NCBI GenBank assembly: GCA_965250085.1
Contig: OZ252287.1
Span: forward strand, 638,934 to 678,933
DNA length: 40,000 nucleotides
Direction: 5' to 3'
Source of the DNA: Candidatus Altimarinota bacterium
GTDB lineage: Bacteria > Patescibacteriota > Gracilibacteria > CAIRYL01
Within the stretch, counting starts at the first letter, position 1, and every line of letters starts with the position of its first letter. Positions 33,528 through 40,000 of this stretch are shown here, in pieces. The notes beneath the pieces were generated by a model. It ran no database searches. It was not told where the DNA came from and saw only the letters and a program-made list of their open reading frames with translations. The position numbers and the translations under genes were made by a program.

Positions 33528-33975
33528 GGGGATGACTGGCTTTCGACAGGAAGAATGCCAGATATATAATTGCCATTCGGGGATTCGTTCTTTCCTCCCC
33601 GCATATCCGGAAAAAACACTATAAGTGCAAATACTTTTGCCTCTAAAGCTCAAAGGTTCTTTGCTCGCTTCGCTCCTGCAAAGGTAGCGCCAGCATTTGC
33701 AATGGCCTAAGCTTTTTTCTCCGTTGAGCATAGCTCCGGAGAACGCTGTTCCTCTCTGTATCCTAAAGTGGAAGGTAGCAGTGTAGACTTTTTTAGGACG
33801 TAATGTTTTTCTTTTGCCTCTTTTTAGAAACATTCTGTATACCTAAAAAGAAGCCTTTTGTGCGGCTTTACGCCTCTCTTTTATCGCATAAGAGCACCCC
33901 TGAAGAGAAGCTATGATGGAAGATATTATGTATTTGCCTTTCTGGACGGGGGTTCGATTCCCCCCATCTCCACCA
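33528..33975 (+). ncRNA. ssrA: tmRNA (SsrA)
   Basis: The 5' end GGGGATGACTGGCTTTCGACAGG and the 3' end GGACGGGGGTTCGATTCCCCCCATCTCCACCA (T-arm plus acceptor plus CCA) are the canonical tmRNA termini and pair with each other. Candidate tag ORF GCA AAT ACT ... GCC TAA at 33627..33710 encodes ANTFASKAQRFFARFAPAKVAPAFAMA. Confidence 0.9.
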
Positions 33976-34236
33976 GTATATTTATGAACTTCTGAATATG
34001 TTTTTTTGAACTATACACATTCAGAAAAACAGTTTTAAACCTACAAAAATAAAATTTTATTACCGATGGCACACTGCTACATTGCTGAACATCTTCATAC
34101 TGGAATGATGTTCGGATGTGAAGTTCTATAAAACTTCAAAAAGCCCTGATTCCTTCAAAGCAATGTTTTTAATCATTTTGCTTCACGTTCATCGAAATTA
34201 CATTCAAGATAACTTTGATATGCTTTACGCAACAGA

Positions 34237-34434
34237 TTAATTATCTTGATTGTTCTCGCCCCCGCGTTTCTCCATTCTTCCATGAACACTCAATACCCTA
34301 TTAATACGTTTCCCTCTTTCACTTGCTGAGAATAAAACAGCATCCCGTATAAGATGAGAACTGGGATGACGGGGATCAAATTTGGGATGATCAGTACGAC
34401 CACTATTGGATGCTTCTGGAGTTCTTTCGAGCAT
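34237..34434 (-). CDS. Small basic hypothetical ORF (65 aa) downstream of ileS; coding status uncertain
   Basis: This is the only ORF in the ~500 nt gap between ileS and the tmRNA. It starts 50 nt after the ileS stop on the same strand. I recognise no motif. Confidence 0.25.
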   Translation of the reverse strand: MLERTPEASNSGRTDHPKFDPRHPSSHLIRDAVLFSASERGKRINRVLSVHGRMEKRGGENNQDN

Positions 34435-34483
34435 AAAAATAAAAAAGAGAATATAAAATGATAATATATTTTTATCTTAAGTA

Positions 34484-37400
34484 TTATTTGATTTTTGTCA
34501 AGTATATCCTGATCTTACTTTCATTGAGGACTATTTTCTGTTCAAAATGAGCATTTTTTATCTCTTTTTCAAATTTTATTTGCTTCGCCAAAACCTCTGC
34601 GGCAATTTCTTTTTCAAATTGCTTGAGAGTTGCTAAAGTGCTTTTTTCTCCTGCAACTGTAAGCTCTATACGATCGGCAACATCAAATCCGGCCTCTTTT
34701 CGAGCATCTTGGACACAACGGACAAATTCTCGCATGAGTCCTTCATCTTTAAGTGATTCGGTAATATTCATGTCGAGAGAAACCACAATGCCTTTAAACG
34801 AACTCACATCATGATCGCCTTTGCCATGATACTCCACTTCATAAGTTCCTTCCTCGAGGAAATACTCCCCTACTTGCACTCCTCCTTTGGTTTCTGTGTA
34901 TTCACCTGATTTTGCCATTTGTATTACCTGCTGCATATTTTTCCCAAACACAGGACCCAATTTTCTCGCGTCTGGCTTGATGATGCATTCACATATTTCT
35001 TCTGCCGTTTTCATGAGCCTCACCTCTTTGACATTCAGTTCTTTGAGGATAACCTCTTTGTTGTCCTGCAAAGTATTTTGAGAAAATTTATGAGGAAGAA
35101 ATACTTCTGCTTCCTGTAGAGGCTGGCGTAATTTGATTTTCTGTTGTGCTCTCAAAGAGAGCCCTAGGGAAATAATTGTCTCTACAACTTCAAATTCTCG
35201 CCTGAGCTCAGAATCATCTGGAAGATTCTCGAACTCAGGAAAATCTGTCAGATGCACGCTTGTTTGCTTGGTAAGATTTTGATAGATGTGCTCCGTCATA
35301 AAAGGAGCAAATGGAGCAAGTACCTGACAAAAAGTAGTCAATACTGTGTACAGCGTCTGAAATGCTTCTTCTTTATCTTGTCCCATCCCAGATTTCCAAA
35401 ATCTTCGCCGAGAACGTCGTACGTATCCATTTGTAAGCTTATCAAGGAACACGCGAATATTTTTCACTGCATTAAAGAGGTCATATCCTTCCATTTCTGT
35501 CGTCACATGACGCACAAGTTCTCTGAGCTCTGTCAAAATCCAACGATCAAGTTTTGCTTGCCCTGAACCTGCCGAAGGGGAGTTTGGAGTTTTGAGTTTG
35601 GAGCTTTTTTTACTCCCTCCTCCCTTCTCTTCACTCCCTGCTGGCACCCATCCATCTATATTGGCGTATGTCACAAAAAACGAATACGCATTCCAAAGAG
35701 GCAGAAATACATTTCGCATGTTTTCAAGTACTGCTTTTTCAGAAAATCTCAAATCATCTGCTTTGACGACTGGTGAATTCATAAGCGTAAATCGCACGGC
35801 ATCTACTCCAAAACGTTCAAATACTTCATGAGGATCAGGATAGTTTTTTTTGGATTTGGACATTTTCTGTCCGTCTTCGGCCAGCACAATTCCATTTACA
35901 ATTACATTTTTGAACGCTGGTTTGTCAAAAAGTGCAGTGGAAAGTACATGCAAGGTGTAAAACCATCCTCGTGTTTGATCCAGTCCTTCAGCAATAAAAT
36001 CCGCTGGAAAGTTTTGTTCAAATTTTTCTTTATTCTCAAATGGATAATGACTCTGAGCATATGGCATAGATCCGCTTTCAAACCAACAATCAAGTACTTC
36101 TGAGACACGTTCCATTTCCTTTCCTGATGCAGAAAGAATTGTAACTTCATCAATATATGGCTTATGAAGATCTACCTCTCCTTTTGGATTTTCTGGTCGA
36201 CCGTCAAAACTATAGATCTCATACTCCCCCGTATCCAGCATTACCTTCTCAGATCCTTTGGGATCAAAAAGGAACTCTATAGATTCATGAGTAAAAAACT
36301 TTCGGATAATGCGGGCCGGGTCTCCATGTGTAATCACGAGAATGTTTTTGTCACGATATTCTTTTTGGATCTCTCGTAAAAACTCGCTTGCTCTCTGTAA
36401 AACATCTTCCTGAGTTTCTCCGTTATGAGAGTTTCCGTAATATCGTTCATGTGCATCTGGAAAGAGCTTACGAAACTCCGTAAGTTTTTTGCCTTCACGA
36501 TCTCCTACATCTACCTCTTTGAGTCTTTTATCAACTCGGATTTTCTTTGGATCTATCTCGAGTTGGGTAGCGACAATTTCTGCAGTTTGACGAGTTCTGA
36601 GAAGAGGTGAAGTAAAAATCATATCAATCTTTTCTTTTCGAAGCTCCTGTCCGGCGCTTTGTGCTTGGCTTTTTCCTTTCCCGGTAAGCTCGACTGTTGA
36701 ATCTATTCGAGAATCAATAAGCCCTGTAATATTGTGCTTCCCTTCTCCATGACGCATTACAATTATTTTGGAGTTTTTCTGGCTTCGTTCTTGGAGTTCT
36801 TTGATTGAGCCAATACATTCTACTTCACCTGTTTCTGGGCATCGCCACACCGGCAATGGTGCTCCCCAGTATCGATTTCGTGAAATCGCCCAGTCCTGAG
36901 CATTTTCTAACCAGTTGTGAAATCTTTTTTGACCAATGGCTTCTGGTACCCAATGAACTTGCTTGTTATTTTTGAGCATCTGTTTTTTGATCTTTTCCAC
37001 GTGTATAAACCAAGTTTTGACCCCTCGATACATCAAAGCGCTGTCTGTTCTCCAACAATGGGGATAGCTGTGGCGCACGCGATCATGACGAAAGAGATGT
37101 CCTGACTTTTTAAGTTCTTCAACTACCCAATCATTTGCATTGCTTTCTTTGGAGCCTGGCACTTCTGGATCAGGGCGAAAATATTTTCCCTCAAGTTCGG
37201 AAATAGTGTCATCAAAAAAGCAATTCTCATCAAACGGATACAACAGTTCCACATTATGAGCCGTCAAGATACGAGCATCATCTTCTCCCGTTGGTGCCAT
37301 GTGTACCACACCCGTTCCTTCCTCGTCAGACACAAAATCATCTCCAAAGATTTGAAAAGCATTTGCATGGTTCTTGAAAAATGGGAAAAGAGGTTGGTAT

Positions 37401-38389
37401 TTTTTGTATTTTTTCAATAACTGATTTCCCTTAAAAGTTTCAACTAATTCTGCCATATTGAGTTTACTATATTTTTTAGACTCAAATATTTTTTTTGATA
37501 AAATAAAAAACTGAGAACCTGCCGAGTGCAAAGCTTGCTTATTTGCTTCTGTTGCAGTTGGATAAGAAGAAAATTTATAAATTATTTCTCCTGCATGATT
37601 TTTCCAAACATCCCTTTTAACTTTCACATACTCAATTTCTGGATGCACTACGAGTCCCAGGTTCGAGGGCAATGTCCAAGGCGTTGTTGTCCACGCCAAG
37701 ATGTATGTAGGTTCTTCATTCGTAACTCGTAATTCGTTATTTGGCATTAACTGAAATTTTACCGTAACGGCTGGATCATCAATGTCTTTATAATTGAGAC
37801 CTGCTTCAAAATTGGAAAGTGGAGATCCCAATTTGGGAGAATAGGGAACGACTTTTTCTCCTTCATAGATCAGTCCCTTGTCCCAGAGACTTTTAAACAC
37901 CCACCACACTGACTCCATAAACTCGGGATTCATGGTTTTATAGTCGTCTTCAAAATCCACCCAGCGTCCCATACGAGTCACTGTTTTTTTCCAATCCTCT
38001 GCACAGCGCATCACAATACTTCGACACAGTTCGTTATATTTCCCTACTCCCATACTTTCGATCTCTGGTTTGCCACCAATTTTATTTTCTTTTTCTACCT
38101 GAAACTCGACCGGTACTCCATGACAATCCCAGCCAAATCGCCGTTCAATGCGCTTTCCTCGCATGGCAAAAAACCGGGGGATCACATCTTTGATTGTTCC
38201 TGCAAGTATGTGTCCATAATGCGGCAGACCGGTTGCAAAAGGAGGTCCATCATAAAACGCATACCGATCCTTCGTATCTCTCATTTCAATACTCTTGCGA
38301 AATATATCGTTTTTTTTCCAAAACGAAATGATATCACGTTCTAGTTGTGGGAAGTTTTGCTTTGGATCAACTGACTGAAAATATGTCAT
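34484..38389 (-). CDS. ileS: Isoleucine--tRNA ligase (type 2, eukaryote-like) with an inserted histidine-phosphatase (PGAM-like) domain
   Basis: HIGH motif PHYGHILAG, editing-domain block WTTTPWTLPSN, WAISRNRYWGAPLPVW, KMSKS motif GQKMSKSKKN and the DQTRGWFYTL block. True start is ATG 38389 (MTYFQSVDPKQNFPQLE), because the track's extension to 38500 runs into the leader. An insert at about 36203..36769 carries RHGE, SPLLRTRQTA and THG motifs. Confidence 0.95.
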   Translation of the reverse strand: MTYFQSVDPKQNFPQLERDIISFWKKNDIFRKSIEMRDTKDRYAFYDGPPFATGLPHYGHILAGTIKDVIPRFFAMRGKRIERRFGWDCHGVPVEFQVEKENKIGGKPEIESMGVGKYNELCRSIVMRCAEDWKKTVTRMGRWVDFEDDYKTMNPEFMESVWWVFKSLWDKGLIYEGEKVVPYSPKLGSPLSNFEAGLNYKDIDDPAVTVKFQLMPNNELRVTNEEPTYILAWTTTPWTLPSNLGLVVHPEIEYVKVKRDVWKNHAGEIIYKFSSYPTATEANKQALHSAGSQFFILSKKIFESKKYSKLNMAELVETFKGNQLLKKYKKYQPLFPFFKNHANAFQIFGDDFVSDEEGTGVVHMAPTGEDDARILTAHNVELLYPFDENCFFDDTISELEGKYFRPDPEVPGSKESNANDWVVEELKKSGHLFRHDRVRHSYPHCWRTDSALMYRGVKTWFIHVEKIKKQMLKNNKQVHWVPEAIGQKRFHNWLENAQDWAISRNRYWGAPLPVWRCPETGEVECIGSIKELQERSQKNSKIIVMRHGEGKHNITGLIDSRIDSTVELTGKGKSQAQSAGQELRKEKIDMIFTSPLLRTRQTAEIVATQLEIDPKKIRVDKRLKEVDVGDREGKKLTEFRKLFPDAHERYYGNSHNGETQEDVLQRASEFLREIQKEYRDKNILVITHGDPARIIRKFFTHESIEFLFDPKGSEKVMLDTGEYEIYSFDGRPENPKGEVDLHKPYIDEVTILSASGKEMERVSEVLDCWFESGSMPYAQSHYPFENKEKFEQNFPADFIAEGLDQTRGWFYTLHVLSTALFDKPAFKNVIVNGIVLAEDGQKMSKSKKNYPDPHEVFERFGVDAVRFTLMNSPVVKADDLRFSEKAVLENMRNVFLPLWNAYSFFVTYANIDGWVPAGSEEKGGGSKKSSKLKTPNSPSAGSGQAKLDRWILTELRELVRHVTTEMEGYDLFNAVKNIRVFLDKLTNGYVRRSRRRFWKSGMGQDKEEAFQTLYTVLTTFCQVLAPFAPFMTEHIYQNLTKQTSVHLTDFPEFENLPDDSELRREFEVVETIISLGLSLRAQQKIKLRQPLQEAEVFLPHKFSQNTLQDNKEVILKELNVKEVRLMKTAEEICECIIKPDARKLGPVFGKNMQQVIQMAKSGEYTETKGGVQVGEYFLEEGTYEVEYHGKGDHDVSSFKGIVVSLDMNITESLKDEGLMREFVRCVQDARKEAGFDVADRIELTVAGEKSTLATLKQFEKEIAAEVLAKQIKFEKEIKNAHFEQKIVLNESKIRIYLTKIK

Positions 38390-38482
38390 AGGGAATTTTA
38401 AATTTTGAATTATAAATTTGCTAAGAGCTAATGGCGAACTGCTAAAGGCTTTAAATATCAGAGCATCTTTCCCCACATTACT

Positions 38483-38700
38483 AAAAAAATACACAGACAC
38501 ATATAGTATCTCTGCAAGGGTTCAAAATTGAACGGTACCACCTTGCTTCCCCGCTCTGCGGGGCAACTTTATTTCTTTTGATCACGGAGTTATTTGGACT
38601 GATTCTCCGGAAGAGTCTACTTTTCGCCTGAGGCGAATTTCTTTCTTCGGCGCACTCCTCTCTGGAGTATTGTAAAGTGATTCCTTTACTCTAACGCTTT
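38483..38700 (-). promoter_or_regulatory. T-box leader (tRNA-sensing riboswitch) upstream of ileS
   Basis: On the minus strand, the Stem III-like hairpin CCCCGC-AGA-GCGGGG (38563..38549) is followed directly by AAGCAAGGTGGTACCGTTC. This folds as a canonical antiterminator: helix GCAAGG/CCTTGC, a 7-nt bulge TGGTACC and helix GTTCAA-TT-TTGAAC (38546..38514). A candidate terminator GCAGAGATAC-TATAT-GTGTCTGTGT plus A-T7 lies at 38515..38483. Upstream are AGAGA and AGTAG motifs and a possible AUC-A specifier (38603..38600). Confidence 0.7.
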
Positions 38701-38813
38701 TACATTGTTTCTAATGAACACGCAGAGTATCTCAAAAAAGAGTCCTGTCTTCAATAAGTTCTTTCATCTTCAGAATTGTTTTTGTTTCCTTTTTTGCTGC
38801 AAAAATGAACACT

Positions 38814-39770
38814 TCAAGCTCTCATATTTTTCAGTTTCTGGATAGCTTTTGCATTCGCTGAAGGAAATTTATATTTTCCGAATTCATGAGCCGGAATCCA
38901 TTGTATTTCCTCGTGCTCTAAGCACTTTGGTGTGCCCTGCAAAATTTGGCATCGAAAAAATCGGATTCTCCATAAAAATTCACCATCCTCCCATACGTCT
39001 TCAAAAAAGTGAGGTCGTACTGAGACTTCGACTCCAAGTTCTTCCTGTATTTCACGTTTGAGTGCATGCCTCCAGCTTTCGCCTTTTTCGCGTTTCCCGC
39101 CAGGAAATTCCCAAAAGCCACCCTGATTATCCGTTCGCTTGGCAATCAGATATTTTCTTTGGTGATGAATGCAAGCTGCTGCCACCTCTATCGCCGGTTT
39201 TAGAGAAACGATTTTTTTTCGTGGTGGAGAGAGCAAAGATTTTTCCCATTTTTCCTTTTTTCCACTTTGGAAAAATGAACACTCTGTTTGAAGTGGGCAC
39301 ACTTCGCATTGTACTCTTCTGCTCTGACAAAGAGTTGCTCCTAAGTCCATAAGTGTGTGGTTGAGATTGGGAGCTTTTTTGTTGGCCAGCTCAAAAAGAC
39401 TTTCTGATCGTTTTGGCAGCCCTTTATCGGTACAAAAAAATACTCGTTTTAAAACGCGCTTTATATTGGTATCTAATGCTGGAACAGGCTTATTGTATGC
39501 GAAACTCAAAATAGCAGATGCCGTATATTCACCTACTCCCGGCAGCTTCAGAAGATCGTTCCTCGTTCCTGGAAATTTGCCGCCAAATTCATCACAAATC
39601 ATACGTGCCGTGAGCAGCATGTTTTTTCCACGTGAATAAAATCCAAGCCCCCTCCAGTACGGGAGAATATCTTTCCATGTTGCTTCTGCAAGAGTCTGCA
39701 CATCTGGAAATCGTTCCAAAAAGCGATGATAGTAGTCAATTACACGACTTACCTGTGTCTGCTGGAGCAT
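38814..39770 (-). CDS. mutY: A/G-specific adenine DNA glycosylase MutY with a C-terminal Nudix domain that keeps an intact Nudix box
   Basis: MLQQTQV, the HhH-GPD block LPGVGEYTASAILSFAY and the 4Fe-4S loop CQSRRVQCEVCPLQTEC. The C-terminal GGKREKGESWRHALKREIQEELGV matches GX5EX7REUXEEXGU exactly. MutY-like sequence continues upstream of the ATG, to about 39884, with no ATG/GTG/TTG. Confidence 0.9.
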   Translation of the reverse strand: MLQQTQVSRVIDYYHRFLERFPDVQTLAEATWKDILPYWRGLGFYSRGKNMLLTARMICDEFGGKFPGTRNDLLKLPGVGEYTASAILSFAYNKPVPALDTNIKRVLKRVFFCTDKGLPKRSESLFELANKKAPNLNHTLMDLGATLCQSRRVQCEVCPLQTECSFFQSGKKEKWEKSLLSPPRKKIVSLKPAIEVAAACIHHQRKYLIAKRTDNQGGFWEFPGGKREKGESWRHALKREIQEELGVEVSVRPHFFEDVWEDGEFLWRIRFFRCQILQGTPKCLEHEEIQWIPAHEFGKYKFPSANAKAIQKLKNMRA

Positions 39771-40000
39771 AATTTCTGAAACCCAAACCTTGTACGGATC
39801 ATGAGTATCTCTCCACAGTAAATCACGCTTTTTAGTTTTGTACCATTGCAGTAATTTAGAGGTGATGTTTTTATTTTTTTCTATATTTTATGGGTCAGAA
39901 GCATTCTTTTGTATTGTTGCGAAAAAATATTATATATGGAAAGTAAAAACTTTTATATGATGAAGTTTTGATTTTTTCCGATAGTTGAAGTTGAATACTG

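Noticed and set aside
33432-33833. 133 aa minus-strand ORF in the pilin-ileS gap
   Set aside because: It lies antisense across the tmRNA gene (33528-33975), whose termini are unambiguous. The ORF is an artefact of the structured, GC-richer RNA gene.
33976-34483. Integrated island or prophage remnant next to the tmRNA
   Set aside because: No integrase, no direct repeat of the ssrA 3' end, and no phage-like ORFs are visible. Only a hairpin and one doubtful 65 aa ORF are present.
37717-37734. An exact 18-nt match (AATTACGAGTTACGAATG) between the gdh 5' region (14202-14219, plus strand) and the ileS coding sequence (minus strand, encoding NELRVTNE)
   Set aside because: For a 40 kb AT-rich window, an 18-mer match on either strand is only borderline unexpected by my rough estimate, and the flanks do not match. 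It may reflect a lineage-typical AATTACGA-type word, but this cannot be shown from one window. A genome-wide k-mer count would settle it.
34623-38344. About a dozen 60-110 aa plus-strand ORFs inside ileS, and similar antisense ORFs inside other long genes (the VirD4-like gene, the Cys-rich paralogs, rlmD, gdh)
   Set aside because: All lie antisense to, or out of frame with, strongly supported conserved genes and have skewed S/F/L/R composition. These are standard shadow ORFs.
1-40000. Alternative genetic code (UGA recoding, as in some CPR lineages), CRISPR arrays, IS elements, rRNA and tRNA genes
   Set aside because: Conserved genes end at TGA where expected (e.g. nrdR, thyA), and no conserved protein is interrupted by in-frame TGA. 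No spaced direct repeats, transposase motifs, tRNA cloverleaf ends (other than the tmRNA) or rRNA-like sequence were seen.

Overview
AT-rich, gene-dense bacterial chromosome segment with about 40 genes, using the standard genetic code (TGA acts as a stop, e.g. at nrdR). Most genes are housekeeping. These include rlmD/trmA-family methyltransferase, ssb, yidC, rpe, rpiB, lgt, gdh, thyA, dnaB, nrdR, ileS, mutY and a tmRNA. There is also a type IV pilus block (pilB, pilC, a Cys-free pilin and PilN/O-like and PilX-like proteins), a soluble VirD4/TraG-like ATPase, a RelE-type toxin-antitoxin pair and an orphan ImmA/IrrE peptidase. The gene content and the many fused or streamlined proteins suggest a Patescibacteria/CPR-like organism; this is inference only. 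No rRNA, tRNA, CRISPR array, IS element or integrase was seen. The main leads are as follows. (1) A tight four-gene minus-strand operon (18316-23947) encodes three divergent paralogs of a 532-556 aa cysteine-rich protein capped by zinc ribbons, interleaved with a YhhQ-type queuosine-precursor transporter. A conserved triple-hairpin repeat brackets this operon, and I cannot assign the protein family a function. (2) IleRS carries a complete histidine-phosphatase (PGAM-like) domain inserted into its catalytic core, and a T-box leader precedes the gene. (3) An RsbW-like kinase is fused to its STAS substrate domain and sits next to a HAMP-PP2C phosphatase, with no sigma factor nearby. (4) gdh is split exactly at an in-frame A_AAA_AAA slippery run. 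(5) SSB has two OB folds. (6) The MutY C-terminal domain keeps a perfect Nudix box. All functional calls come from motif recognition by eye; no database search was possible.
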